Shown here: positions 1 to 10,072 of the stretch, piece by piece
Numbering within the stretch: the first letter of the stretch is position 1
How the letters are laid out: each line of letters begins with the position of its first letter
Assembly: GCA_937975135.1 (NCBI GenBank)
Contig: CALJVA010000067.1
Span: 17,792 to 81,791 of the forward strand
Origin: an uncultured Thermoactinomycetaceae bacterium
GTDB lineage: Bacteria > Bacillota > Bacilli > Thermoactinomycetales > CALJVA01
Length of the DNA: 64,000 nucleotides
Reading direction: 5' to 3'
Notes under the pieces: generated by a model
What the model was told of the DNA's origin: nothing
The model's database searches: none
What the model saw: the letters and a program-made list of their open reading frames with translations, nothing else
Position numbers and translations under genes: made by a program

Positions 1-17
1 AAAAAGTAGGTGATAGC

Positions 18-881
18 TTGGATCATTCCGATGATGTGTTTCAGCGCATTCGTGAGAAGAGCGATGGGATGAGTAAAGCTCAGCAAAAAATTGTTGCTTT
101 CCTTGAATCCCATGCAGATAGTGCCCCTTTCTTGACGGCAGCTAAAATTGCGCAAGGAGCCGAGGTGGGAGAAGCTACGGTGATTCGTTTTGCTACCTAT
201 CTCGGCTATTCCGGCTTTTCAGAGATGCAGTCTGCCTTGCAAAAGCAAATCCGGGAGCGTCTGACAACAGTCGAGCGATTGAAGCTGGCGGAGGATGTCT
301 ATTCTAAAGAGCAACGAGTTGCCTTTGAAGTGCTCAATGATGATCTAGTCAACCTTGAGAAAACGATGCATATGTTAAATACCCCTTCCTTTGTCAAGGC
401 AGTGGAGATGATTGGTAAGGCTAAATCCATTGCAGTGGTTGCCTTTCGTAGCTCCCATGCTCTTGGGTATTTCCTTTCTTTCTATCTGAATCTCATCTTG
501 GAGAACACGAAGTTAATCCGTGACTCTGATACTATGTTTGAAAAACTGGCCCCCCTTCAATCCGAAGACCTCTTAATCGGGATCGGCTTTCCCCGCTATA
601 CAGCCCGGACAATTTCCGCACTACAATATGTGCGCAGTCGTGGAGTACAGACGATGGCGATTACGGATTCTCATAGTTCTCCTCTTGCAAGAGAGGCAGA
701 TGTTTATTTGGTAGCATCCAGTCGATTGCCGTCTTTTGTTGATTCTTATGTTGCTCCACTGAGTCTTATTAACGCCCTGCTTACTGCAGTTGGACAGACG
801 AATGCCAAAAAAATCACTCACCGACTCCAAAAGATGGAGCAATTATGGGAAAAAGAGGGAATTTATTATCCAGAGCCTTAA
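18..881 (+). CDS. RpiR/MurR-family transcriptional regulator (HTH + SIS domain)
   Basis: 287-aa ORF. N-terminal HTH (AAKIAQGAEVGEATVIRFATYLGYSGFSEMQ) followed by a SIS-like sugar-phosphate-binding portion. TTG start after GTAGGTGA. Confidence 0.8.
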   Translation: MDHSDDVFQRIREKSDGMSKAQQKIVAFLESHADSAPFLTAAKIAQGAEVGEATVIRFATYLGYSGFSEMQSALQKQIRERLTTVERLKLAEDVYSKEQRVAFEVLNDDLVNLEKTMHMLNTPSFVKAVEMIGKAKSIAVVAFRSSHALGYFLSFYLNLILENTKLIRDSDTMFEKLAPLQSEDLLIGIGFPRYTARTISALQYVRSRGVQTMAITDSHSSPLAREADVYLVASSRLPSFVDSYVAPLSLINALLTAVGQTNAKKITHRLQKMEQLWEKEGIYYPEP

Positions 882-934
882 TCTTCAGCCAGCATGGTGA
901 AGGCTTTCCTACTGGTAACTGGCAAAACCGCATC

Positions 935-982
935 AAAAACGCCGAATTTTCTCTGATGAAGGGAAAAGTAGGCGTTTTTTTA
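935..982 (+). terminator. Putative rho-independent terminator after the RpiR gene
   Basis: aaaaacgcc ... ggcgttttttt: complementary arms around a large loop, followed by a T-run. Confidence 0.4.
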
Positions 983-1096
983 TTGCGTGATTATAAAGCA
1001 AGCCACTTAGGTTTTTCTATACCGAAATAGAAGAATAGCCACAAAATATTACTATCTATGGTATAATTGGAATATTGGTAATAGAATATAAGAATT

Positions 1097-1921
1097 CTAT
1101 TTTATGTTAAGAGACTGGCGTGTTTGATCAACATCTTTGGCAAATTTGGAATGAGTTAAGCGGAAGAGACGATCAAATAAGGGAGAAAACTCACCGGATA
1201 ACAAATTAAGCCCTTCACGGGTAATCCCACCGGGTACTGCTACCCGCTCCTGCAAACGATTTAATGTGAACTCTTCTTCTGTTAATAAGCGGCCTACACC
1301 CAGCACCATATGGGATACGAGCTCTGACGCAGTCTGACGTGGAAGGGGAGTTACTTCTGTTGCAGCATCGATCATTTGATCCAAGATATTAGCTAAAAAA
1401 GCTGGAGCACAGCTGGCTAAGTCTGAAGCAATGCGTGTATGCTGCTCATCAATCTGAAGGGGTGTACTAATCGCAGAAAACAGCTGTAAAAGAAACTTTT
1501 GATCTTCAGCAGTGATACGTTTGCCTGGAATATATAAAGAAGTTCCTGATAATGAAATGTGTGTAATACTTGGAATGATTTTAGCTATTTTTCCGGACAA
1601 TCGCTCCTCTAGATCGTGGATCATGACAGGACTGGTAATTGAGACTACCAGATGCTCGGGACGAACTATGGATTGAATTTCAGCGATAACCGTTGAGTAA
1701 TCACTCGGTTTTATACATAAAAAGATACATTGGACTTGCTCTACTAATTGAGGATTGCTTTCGGCTACCTGTATTCCTGGAAAAGCGAAAGCAAGCTGCT
1801 CTGCTTTCTTTAGGGTGCGATTGCTAATCACCAGGTCTTCAGGGTGAAGGACCCCGGAGCGAATCCAAGCTTCAATCAAGGTACGCCCCATACTTCCTGT
1901 GCCGATTACACCAATTTTCAC
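1097..1921 (-). CDS. comER: Pyrroline-5-carboxylate reductase family protein, ComER-like
   Basis: Rossmann N-terminus VKIGVIGTGSMGRTL. Divergent from comEA as in the B. subtilis comE locus. I prefer the GTG start at 1921 (AGGAGGG 6 nt upstream) over the track start at 1981. Confidence 0.65.
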   Translation of the reverse strand: MKIGVIGTGSMGRTLIEAWIRSGVLHPEDLVISNRTLKKAEQLAFAFPGIQVAESNPQLVEQVQCIFLCIKPSDYSTVIAEIQSIVRPEHLVVSITSPVMIHDLEERLSGKIAKIIPSITHISLSGTSLYIPGKRITAEDQKFLLQLFSAISTPLQIDEQHTRIASDLASCAPAFLANILDQMIDAATEVTPLPRQTASELVSHMVLGVGRLLTEEEFTLNRLQERVAVPGGITREGLNLLSGEFSPLFDRLFRLTHSKFAKDVDQTRQSLNIK

Positions 1922-2079
1922 AGTTATCCCTCCTGATTGGATGGAAGCGAAGCATTGCTTTTGAGTGATTCCCTTCCCCATGCCTGCGGAAGTAGGGAAC
2001 TTCGGTGCTCGCTCTTTTCCTTTTTGATCTTTATGTCAATCCATTCTCTAATATGTGGAACAGAAAGGTGATCCGCAAA

Positions 2080-2697
2080 ATGATGGATGAAAAATGGACT
2101 CCCTTGGAAAAGAAATTGCTGGGAGGGATTTTACTACTGGGGATTATCGTGATCGGACTTCTCTTTCTTTTTATGCGAAGTTCAAATTCGGATGAGGAGA
2201 TACCTCTTCCAGCATATCAAATAGCAGAAGAACAGTCAGAAAAGGTGGAAAAGGGGGAATCCAATGAGTTGGTAGTGGATGTAAAAGGGGCGGTTAAAAA
2301 TCCGGGTATTTATCGTCTTCCATCTGAAGCCCGTATGATGGACGCAATTACAGAGGCTGGAGGAGCGAGTAAAGAGGCGGACTTGGATCGAGTAAATTTA
2401 GCTGCTCCTCTTTCCGATGGCATGGCCATCTATATCCCGAAAAAAGGGGAAGAAAACCTCCCTATCCCAGGAGTTGAAGCAGGTGGGGAAGGATCTCAAG
2501 GGGGAAAAATAAATATTAATACGGCGGGAATCGATGAGTTGCAGCAACTAAATGGGATTGGACCCTCGAAGGCAGAAGCAATCCTTCGTTACCGGGAGGA
2601 GAATGGCCCCTTTTCCACTGTGGAGGAGCTAACCAATGTACCGGGGATCGGGGAGAAGACTTTGGAAAATCTTCGGGAGCAAGTTACAGTGCGATAA
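2080..2697 (+). CDS. comEA: Competence protein ComEA (membrane anchor, SLBB domain, C-terminal helix-hairpin-helix DNA binding)
   Basis: TM segment, then VDVKGAVKNPGIYRLP (SLBB), then ININTAGIDELQQLNGIGPSKAEAILRYREENGPF (HhH). ATG at 2080 follows AAAGGTGA; the track start at 2005 is probably too far upstream. Confidence 0.85.
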   Translation: MMDEKWTPLEKKLLGGILLLGIIVIGLLFLFMRSSNSDEEIPLPAYQIAEEQSEKVEKGESNELVVDVKGAVKNPGIYRLPSEARMMDAITEAGGASKEADLDRVNLAAPLSDGMAIYIPKKGEENLPIPGVEAGGEGSQGGKININTAGIDELQQLNGIGPSKAEAILRYREENGPFSTVEELTNVPGIGEKTLENLREQVTVR

Positions 2698-2721
2698 AAG
2701 AGGAACTGGGTTTTCCATAAA

Positions 2722-2750
2722 GAAAACCCACCGTAAAAGGTGGGTTTCTC
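2722..2750. terminator. Bidirectional terminator hairpin between convergent comEA and rocD
   Basis: aaacccacc-gtaaaa-ggtgggttt: 9-bp stem lying between the two convergent stop codons. Confidence 0.6.
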
Positions 2751-2751
2751 A

Positions 2752-3945
2752 TCAGGCGTTAAATACTTGGCGGATCCGCTCCAAGCCCCAATCCAACTCC
2801 TCACGGGTAATTGTCAGCGGTGGAGCGAAGCGAATGGTCCGCTCATGGGTTTCTTTACATAGTAAACCTGCTTCCATCAGGCGTTCGCAGTAGGGACGGG
2901 CATCTTCATCCAATTCAAGACCGATAAACAGCCCTTTTCCTCGCACTTCTACGATATGGGGATTATTCAGCTTTGAGAGCTCAGAGAAAAAGTATTCTCC
3001 CAACTCCAGGGAGCGCTCTGGTAGCTTCTCTTCTACCAAGACATCCAAGGCGGCATTGGCAACGGCACAGGCGAGGGGGTTACCTCCAAAGGTGGAACCA
3101 TGAGAGCCTGGAACAAGGAGTCCAAGGATCTCTTTGTCGGCAGCGACGGCAGAGATCGGCATGACACCACCACCTAACGCTTTCCCCATAATATAAATAT
3201 CGGGTGTGACGTTTTCCCAGTCGCAGGCAAACATTTTTCCAGTACGTCCAAACCCAGTCTGAATTTCATCTGCAACAAACAAGACGTTGTTTTCTTTACA
3301 AAGCTGGGCAGCTTCCCGGAGGAATCCTTCTTTTGGCAAGATTACCCCTGCTTCTCCTTGGATCGGTTCCATCATCACGGCAGCGGTATTGGGGGTAATT
3401 GCCTGCCGTAAAGCATCTATATCTCCATAGGGGATAATTTTAAAGCCAGGTGTTAAGGGACCAAAGCCGCGGGTGTTTTCTGGGTTGGAAGAGAAGGAGA
3501 TGACTGTCGTCGTCCGTCCGTGGAAGTTATTTTCAAAGACGATGATTTCCGCTTGATCTTGGGGCACTTTTTTTACTTCGTATGCCCAGCGACGGGCGGC
3601 CTTGATGGCTGTTTCTACTGCTTCTGCTCCAGTATTCATCGGTAAAATCATTTCTTTTCCTGTTAACTTTACCAGCCTTTCATAAAAAGGACCTAACTGA
3701 TCGTTGTGAAAAGCACGAGAAGTTAGGGTTACTCGATCTGCCTGTTCTTTTAAGGCGGCAATCAACCGTGGATGACGATGGCCATGATTTAATGCGGAAT
3801 AAGCACTTAACATATCCATATAACGCTTACCATCTGCGTCTTTTACCCATACTCCTTCTCCTTCTGCGATCACGACGGGGAGAGGATGGTAATTGGGGGC
3901 TCCATATTTCTCTGTTAGTTCAATAATGCTTTGGCTTCTTGACAT
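2752..3945 (-). CDS. rocD: Ornithine aminotransferase (class III PLP aminotransferase)
   Basis: 397 aa. N-terminus [29 protein letters not shown]...[13 protein letters not shown] is typical of RocD-type ornithine-oxo-acid transaminases. Confidence 0.85.
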   Translation of the reverse strand: MSRSQSIIELTEKYGAPNYHPLPVVIAEGEGVWVKDADGKRYMDMLSAYSALNHGHRHPRLIAALKEQADRVTLTSRAFHNDQLGPFYERLVKLTGKEMILPMNTGAEAVETAIKAARRWAYEVKKVPQDQAEIIVFENNFHGRTTTVISFSSNPENTRGFGPLTPGFKIIPYGDIDALRQAITPNTAAVMMEPIQGEAGVILPKEGFLREAAQLCKENNVLFVADEIQTGFGRTGKMFACDWENVTPDIYIMGKALGGGVMPISAVAADKEILGLLVPGSHGSTFGGNPLACAVANAALDVLVEEKLPERSLELGEYFFSELSKLNNPHIVEVRGKGLFIGLELDEDARPYCERLMEAGLLCKETHERTIRFAPPLTITREELDWGLERIRQVFNA

Positions 3946-4145
3946 GTTATCACCTCAATGATATGTAATCTGCGAAAATAGAAGCAGTCATTTCCATTTA
4001 TTATATCGCACAGTGAGATCGCTTTCATCTTTTCCAAAGTTCTGCGAAAAGCTTGAGTGACCGAAGTTGTTTTGGATTCGTATAGTCCATTCGGGTAGGG
4101 CTTGTTATAATAGATGGGAGTAAAAAGAAGAAGGAGCTACCGAAG

Positions 4146-4703
4146 ATGACCATCAAGTCGGATAAGTGGATACGCAAAATGGCACTGGAAAAAGGCATGA
4201 TCGATCCCTTTGTCGACCGTAATGTAGGAAAAGGAGAAGCAGTTAGCTATGGCTTAAGTAGCTATGGCTATGATTTACGAGTAGCTGATGAGTTTAAAAT
4301 TTTCCATAATGCCCTCCATACCATTATAGACCCTAAAAATATTGATTCTGATTCTTTTATAGACTTTAAAGGAGATGTATGTATTATACCACCTAATTCC
4401 TTTGCATTGGCCCGTTCGGTGGAATATATCCGGATTCCTGAAAATGTATTGGCTGTTTGTGTTGGTAAGTCTACCTATGCTCGCTGTGGGATTATCACCA
4501 ATGTTACGCCTTTAGAACCGGGTTGGGAAGGGTATGTGACCCTGGAGATTTCCAATACAACTCCTCTTCCTGCTAAAATTTACGCCAATGAAGGGTTGGT
4601 TCAGGTTTTGTTCTATGAGAGCGATGAAGTGTGTGAAGTTTCTTATCGAAAAAAGCAAGGAAAGTATCAGTATCAAAAGGGGATTACTCTGCCTCGAGTT
4701 TGA
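4146..4703 (+). CDS. dcd: dCTP deaminase (short, about 185-aa type)
   Basis: Highly conserved blocks [88 protein letters not shown]. Confidence 0.9.
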   Translation: MTIKSDKWIRKMALEKGMIDPFVDRNVGKGEAVSYGLSSYGYDLRVADEFKIFHNALHTIIDPKNIDSDSFIDFKGDVCIIPPNSFALARSVEYIRIPENVLAVCVGKSTYARCGIITNVTPLEPGWEGYVTLEISNTTPLPAKIYANEGLVQVLFYESDEVCEVSYRKKQGKYQYQKGITLPRV

Positions 4704-4829
4704 TCTTCTGTCATAAAGTATCGAAATGATTGTACCTTTAAAGATACATTGAAATGGTATATCCAACCCATTAGGTTCCCTTATTACAAAAAAATAATAA
4801 CATTTTTTTACAATTTACCTCAATTTCCT

Positions 4830-5318
4830 TTAAATCATTGAAAAAATCCTCTGCTTATTCAGCATCTGTATCAAAGCGTAATGCTCTAAAAAGTAAATGA
4901 ACAAGCTGTCATCAACATTTTCGATTGGGGGTGGCACGTAAAATTCGTTGTTACTCACATAAGCCGGCTTTACAACGAATGATACTGTAGATGCAATACA
5001 CCCCCAAATGGTTTCATTTCCCTTATCAACCTCTATGTGGATAACACCATTCCCAATCCCAACACAGATCCAATGCTTTTCGACTTCTACATAACATTCA
5101 CTTTTACTTCATAAGCCGACGATACTTTCCTGATTACCTATGTTCAAATTTAATGATCCCAAGTCAAACAATGATCGCTCTTTTCTTGTCCTTTTTCTCT
5201 CCCGAACTTTGATTTGAGTTATTCTCATGGGGCTGGAAAAAGGAGGTGTATGTCTTTTTCTGTCGAAAAAGTAGTCATATTCCAATCTTTGGGATGTGAT
5301 TAGGAGTGCGGCGGCCAC
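4830..5318 (-). pseudogene. Possible decayed gene: one reading frame interrupted by an in-frame TGA at 5109-5111
   Basis: Track ORF 5109..5318(-) ends at a TGA. The same frame stays open for another 92 codons (SKSECYVEVEKHWICVGIGNGVIHIEVDKGNETIWGC...FIYFLEHYALIQMLNKQRIFSMI*) down to 4830. The downstream part has no usable start codon of its own. Confidence 0.25.
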
Positions 5319-7741
5319 TTATGGCGGTTGCTTTGGGTTGGATCATTGGAATTGTCATAGCGAAGGAACTCTCCTACCCTTGGTGGATCTGGGTAGGACT
5401 TGCGTCACTGGTCGCTCTGCTAGGAGGGGTTATTTATTATTGGTGGTACCGATATCTCACTATAACTCTTCTGATGGTAGGTGTAACCTTAGCTGCTGCT
5501 CATTTTACTTGGGTAGATAAGGCTAATGAATCTCTGATTACTCAGGTTGTGGGGGAAAAAAAGGAGCTGACGGGGAGAATAGGAGGCAGGATTCAATCTG
5601 CTCCAGTGGTTGATGGCAATCGTCTACAGATGATCGTTCGTGTACACCAGTTGCAACTTGGAAGGAATACGATTTTTCCCAAAGAGGATATCCTGCTTCA
5701 GGTACGGATTCTCTCTGAAGAGGAACAGCAAGTGGCCCGCCAATTGCAGCGAGGGATGCAGCTACAATTTATAGGAAAGCTGGAGCTCCCATCTCCTGCG
5801 CGCAATCCAGGAGCCTTTGATTACCAAGCCTATCTGTATCGTCAAGGGATTCATTGGCTCGCAAAGGTAGAAGGAGTAGGTAAACTGCAGGTAGTGGATG
5901 GAGAAGCCAGTCATTGGCGAGCTCCTATCGATCATCTTCGTCAGTATCTGGGGCAACGGATAGAAGAGATATATCCCCAAGAGACTGCAGGCTTAATGCA
6001 AGGGATGTTATTGGGGGATCGGGGAGCTGTACCAAAAGAAGTAGAACGGGATTTTTCTTTGTTAGGCTTGATTCATCTGCTGGCGATATCGGGCTTGCAT
6101 GTGGGCGTTTTTATCGCTTGTTTATATGGGGTGCTCAAACGAATCGGTTTTACCCGAGAAAAAGCTGCTGGGATGGTGATTTTATTTCTACCCGGTTATG
6201 TATTGCTAACCGGTGCAGGACCTCCAGTGATCCGAGCGGCAGTGATGGCTGGACTGGGATTGTTGGCCGTCATTATTCGCCGGTGGAGAGATGGGCTTTC
6301 TTTTTTAGCCGTAGCGGCTCTTCTATTGTTATGGTGGAATCCTTATCTTCTCTTTGAGCCCGGCTTCCAACTTTCTTTTCTGATTACCTTTGCGCTGCTG
6401 GTGGGCGTAGGTCCTTTGAGCCGACTTTTCCCCTTTCCTTGGAAGCGATTCAATCAACTGTTGGCTGTTACCTTGGTGGCTCAGCTGGCCTCATTTCCCA
6501 TCATTATTACTTACTTTCATGAGTACTCCCTTCTTTCTTGGGCGGTCAATTTGTTGCTTGTTCCGGTTGTAAGTGGGATTGTGATTCCCCTAGGATTAGT
6601 GGCTTTAGTTCTCGGGCTTATCCATGCAGGGCTAGCAGCAATACCGGCCATGATCTCATCCTCTATTCTTTCGGGAACAATCTATATAGCCGAGGAGGTC
6701 GCAACTTGGTACCCGTGGCATCGTTCTTGGTCACCTCCAGGAGATTGGTGGTTGGCAGGGTATGCCGTGCTTTGCTGTTATACATTTATCGCTTGGACAG
6801 GTAACCTGATTTTTTCCAAGGTACAACGGGGTCTTTCTCTTCTTTTGTTGGGCGCTCTTGTTGTGTTTTCTTCTTTCCCTGCTTCCACCAAGGGAGAAGT
6901 GAGAGTTACCTTTCTCGATGTAGGACAAGGTGATGCGGCCGTAATTGAAACTCCGAGGGGTCAAGTAATTGTAGTAGATGGTGGGGGTCAGCCCTTTTTT
7001 CCACGTGAACCTTGGGAGCGGCGGAGAAGAGAGAGGGATATAGGAGAACAGATCCTGGTTCCTTACTTAAAGTATCGAGGAATTCAGGAGATTGATTATG
7101 TTGTGATGACCCATGGAGATGCAGACCATATTGAAGGCCTTAAAGCCTTGGCAAAGCGCTTTCCCATCCGCTATGTGATTCGGAATGAACATCCGCCAGG
7201 TACTGCCTTGGAAGAGGAGGTACTGGAACAACTATGGAAAAACGGCGCTCAGATACATACGGTATCTGCCGGAAGCAGCTGGACGCTAGAGCCGGATGTA
7301 TCCTGGCACTTTCTAAATCCAATGGAAGGCACAAAAGGTGTTGTTCAAAGTAGCAATAACAGCTCTGTGGTGTTTCTATTACAGGCATTTGATCAAACTC
7401 TATTGATGACTGGGGATATAGAGGAGGAAGTAGAAGAGCGGCTCGCTGCCCAGTGGAATGCTCCTCCGGTAAATGTGCTAAAGGTGGCCCATCATGGCAG
7501 CCGTACCTCCAGTAGTGAAAAGTGGCTCGATCGGATTCAACCTCAGGTGGCGGTAATTTCCGCAGGAAGGAATAACCGGTTTGGACATCCTTCACCAGAA
7601 GTACTTAAGCGCTTGGCCGAGCGAGGGATTAAAATTTTTCGCACTGACCATCAAGGTGCAATTACTCTGCGGATGACCAAAAGGGGCTTTTTCCTACAAG
7701 AGACAATAAAGAATAAAAAAACAGAATTAACGGATAACTAA
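5306..7741 (+). CDS. comEC: DNA internalization competence protein ComEC/Rec2 (competence domain + metallo-beta-lactamase domain)
   Basis: 811-aa polytopic membrane protein. C-terminal MBL motifs VTFLDVGQGDAAVIE, MTHGDADHIEG, VAHHGS. The exact start is uncertain (GTG 5306 or ATG 5321). Confidence 0.9.
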   Translation: MRRPLMAVALGWIIGIVIAKELSYPWWIWVGLASLVALLGGVIYYWWYRYLTITLLMVGVTLAAAHFTWVDKANESLITQVVGEKKELTGRIGGRIQSAPVVDGNRLQMIVRVHQLQLGRNTIFPKEDILLQVRILSEEEQQVARQLQRGMQLQFIGKLELPSPARNPGAFDYQAYLYRQGIHWLAKVEGVGKLQVVDGEASHWRAPIDHLRQYLGQRIEEIYPQETAGLMQGMLLGDRGAVPKEVERDFSLLGLIHLLAISGLHVGVFIACLYGVLKRIGFTREKAAGMVILFLPGYVLLTGAGPPVIRAAVMAGLGLLAVIIRRWRDGLSFLAVAALLLLWWNPYLLFEPGFQLSFLITFALLVGVGPLSRLFPFPWKRFNQLLAVTLVAQLASFPIIITYFHEYSLLSWAVNLLLVPVVSGIVIPLGLVALVLGLIHAGLAAIPAMISSSILSGTIYIAEEVATWYPWHRSWSPPGDWWLAGYAVLCCYTFIAWTGNLIFSKVQRGLSLLLLGALVVFSSFPASTKGEVRVTFLDVGQGDAAVIETPRGQVIVVDGGGQPFFPREPWERRRRERDIGEQILVPYLKYRGIQEIDYVVMTHGDADHIEGLKALAKRFPIRYVIRNEHPPGTALEEEVLEQLWKNGAQIHTVSAGSSWTLEPDVSWHFLNPMEGTKGVVQSSNNSSVVFLLQAFDQTLLMTGDIEEEVEERLAAQWNAPPVNVLKVAHHGSRTSSSEKWLDRIQPQVAVISAGRNNRFGHPSPEVLKRLAERGIKIFRTDHQGAITLRMTKRGFFLQETIKNKKTELTDN

Positions 7742-7809
7742 AAAAACTGCTGGAACCTTTACAAATACATTTCTCCTATATATAATGATATCATACTGAT
7801 TAAACAGCT

Positions 7810-7980
7810 AAATCAAGATGTCGCTGAATCCCCATCAGGGGAGCGGGGGACCCGTTATCAGTATTTAATCATTTTGATTTAATACTGAAGGGGTGAATCT
7901 CACTATCTTCCAAGTGAGTAGGGAAGCTCTCAGATCCCGAACCCGTCAGCTAACCCCGTAAGCGTACCCGAGAGCGTGAA
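7810..7980 (+). promoter_or_regulatory. c-di-AMP riboswitch (ydaO-yuaA motif) in the SulP leader
   Basis: Both pseudo-symmetric halves are present: tcgctgaatcc-ccatcagg-ggagcgggggaccc, and gaaggggtgaatc...gtagggaag...cccgaacccgtcagctaaccccgtaagcgt. They match my recollection of the B. subtilis ydaO element almost block for block. Confidence 0.8.
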
Positions 7981-8007
7981 TGCTGAAGAATGAGGGATCA
8001 GCCAAGA

Positions 8008-9765
8008 ATGGGTACGCATTTTTTTGAGCAATGGAAGGGATATAACTTCGCCTCCTTCCGCAAAGATCTAATTGCTGGTTTTGTAGTTGGAGTGATTGCC
8101 ATTCCGTTAGGAATGGCTTTTGCGATTGCTGTGGGAGTAAAACCGGAATATGGAATTTACACCACGATTATTGCGGGGATTTTAGTCTCTATTTTCGGCG
8201 GTTCCCGTTTTCAAATCGCCGGGCCAACCGGTGCCTTTATCCCCATCTTATTGGGAGTTACCATGCAATATGGGTATGAAAACCTGTTAATTGCCGGGTT
8301 TATGGCAGGGGTTTTCTTATTGTTGATGGGGGTTTTACGTCTGGGTTCCTTTATCAAGTTTATTCCCCGCTCAGTTACCATTGGTTTTACTTCAGGCATC
8401 GCTGTGATCATTTTTACCGGCCAGATTGGTAATTTCTTGGGCTTGGAAGATCTAGAAAAGCATGAATACCTTGTCCACACGATCCAAGAGATTGGTGCGA
8501 AGATTACCACCTTTAACCCTTATGCGTTGGTAATCTCCCTTCTCTCCTTATTACTTATATTAATTACCCCCAAGTGGTTTCCTAAGGTGCCAGGTTCTCT
8601 GATTGCCATCGTTATTTCCACAATTGTTTCGGTCCTCTTCTTTGAAGGAAAAGTAGCAACGATTGGCTCTGAGTTTGGCGGTATTCCCAACACTTTGCCA
8701 ACGATTAGCATGCCTGAGCTCTCTTGGGATCGCATTTTAATGTTAACCCAACCGGCTCTAATCATCGCTGCCTTGGGAGCGATTGAGTCTTTGCTATCCG
8801 CGGTGGTAGCCGATGGAATGGCAGGAACTCGTCACAATAGTAATCGGGAGCTAGTGGGCCAGGGGATTGCCAATATGGTGGTTCCTCTCTTCGGGGGAAT
8901 TCCGGCTACCGGGGCCATTGCTCGTACTGCCACCAATATTAAAACAGGAGCTGTTACTTCCCTATCCGGAGTGATCCATGGGGTGGTCGTTCTCGTCGTT
9001 GTTCTCCTCTTTGCTCCTTATGCCTCCCATATTCCATTGGCCAGCATGGCACCAGTATTAATGATGGTGGCTTGGAATATGAGTGGGCGCAAAGAGTTTC
9101 TTCACGTATTGCGCACCACCCGTGGAGACGCGATCGTTTTGGTGACGACGTTCCTCCTGACCGTCTTTACAAACCTAACTATTGCTGTCCAGGTAGGTTT
9201 GGTTCTTGCTTTTATTCTCTTTGTCAAAAATATGAGCGATGTCCAAGAGGTGCAGCCGATTTCACCGGATCCCAGCACCAAACATCGAAAAATGGTGATT
9301 GAAAAAAGCGGTTCTGGACGGGAATGTCCGCAAGTAAGCCTCTTTACAGTTGAAGGGCCCCTTTTCTTCGGTGTGGCTCAGCTTTTCGAGAAGCGTGTTA
9401 TGGATACCATTAATCTTCGGCCCAAAGTACTGATCTTGCGGATGAGCCGCGTTCCCTTTCTCGATGCGACAGGAGAAGATTACCTCTCCAGTGTGGTCCA
9501 CCATTTCCGTAAACATGGAGGGGTGATTCTAATCACCGGGATTCAAAAGCAACCTCTTGAGGTGCTCAAGAAGTCCAATTTGTATGAAGTGATCGGTCGA
9601 GAAAATTTCTTCCGTTACACCTACGATGCCATCCATTATGCCACGAAGATCATCGATCATGAACGTTGCAAAGCTTGCCGTCACTTTGCTTTCCATGAGT
9701 GTAATGAATTATCTTTAGAAAGGCAGTCTACGGCGCCGCAAAAGTTGCAAGAGGCTACTTCGTAG
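8008..9765 (+). CDS. SulP-family anion transporter with C-terminal STAS domain
   Basis: Polytopic N-terminal domain (IAGPTGAFIPIL, ESLLSAVVADG) and a C-terminal STAS-like region (LFTVEGPLFFGVA...RVPFLDATGE). ATG 8008 follows GAGGGA; the track start at 7990 is an alternative. The tail is Cys/His-rich (HERCKACRHFAFHEC). Confidence 0.85.
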   Translation: MGTHFFEQWKGYNFASFRKDLIAGFVVGVIAIPLGMAFAIAVGVKPEYGIYTTIIAGILVSIFGGSRFQIAGPTGAFIPILLGVTMQYGYENLLIAGFMAGVFLLLMGVLRLGSFIKFIPRSVTIGFTSGIAVIIFTGQIGNFLGLEDLEKHEYLVHTIQEIGAKITTFNPYALVISLLSLLLILITPKWFPKVPGSLIAIVISTIVSVLFFEGKVATIGSEFGGIPNTLPTISMPELSWDRILMLTQPALIIAALGAIESLLSAVVADGMAGTRHNSNRELVGQGIANMVVPLFGGIPATGAIARTATNIKTGAVTSLSGVIHGVVVLVVVLLFAPYASHIPLASMAPVLMMVAWNMSGRKEFLHVLRTTRGDAIVLVTTFLLTVFTNLTIAVQVGLVLAFILFVKNMSDVQEVQPISPDPSTKHRKMVIEKSGSGRECPQVSLFTVEGPLFFGVAQLFEKRVMDTINLRPKVLILRMSRVPFLDATGEDYLSSVVHHFRKHGGVILITGIQKQPLEVLKKSNLYEVIGRENFFRYTYDAIHYATKIIDHERCKACRHFAFHECNELSLERQSTAPQKLQEATS

Positions 9766-9799
9766 AGGATTATGAAATATAGAGTGCTGCTGGGAAGTG

Positions 9800-9834
9800 G
9801 GCCAGACTAATTAAGGTCTGGCTCTTTGTTTTTT
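9800..9834 (+). terminator. Rho-independent terminator after the SulP gene
   Basis: gccagac-taattaag-gtctggc followed by tctttgtttttt. Confidence 0.6.
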
Positions 9835-10072
9835 AAATGAAGATGATTGTAGTCCAAACGGTGCAGGGGGGCTCCTCTTTCTCTTCTTGTACTTATAAAA
9901 AGGTATTTTCTAGATAATTATATGGAGTTACCGAGTACGGTTAATAGAAGAAGTTTTACAATATAGAATAGTGTTCCTTGAGATTTGAATGGGAACCATG
10001 GTATATAATAGAATAGAAAGGCTTTCTAACAATTGTGCTCGGTATCTATTTTTCGTAGAGGAGGATCAGGTT

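Noticed and set aside
2636-2893. 85-aa plus-strand ORF spanning the comEA 3' end, the terminator and the rocD 3' end
   Set aside because: It crosses a bidirectional terminator and overlaps two well-supported genes, and its sequence is Arg/Ser-rich nonsense.
5109-5111. In-frame TGA considered as a selenocysteine codon or programmed readthrough site
   Set aside because: No SECIS-like hairpin lies immediately downstream, there is no selenoprotein context, and the flanking protein has no recognisable redox motif. A pseudogene is more parsimonious.
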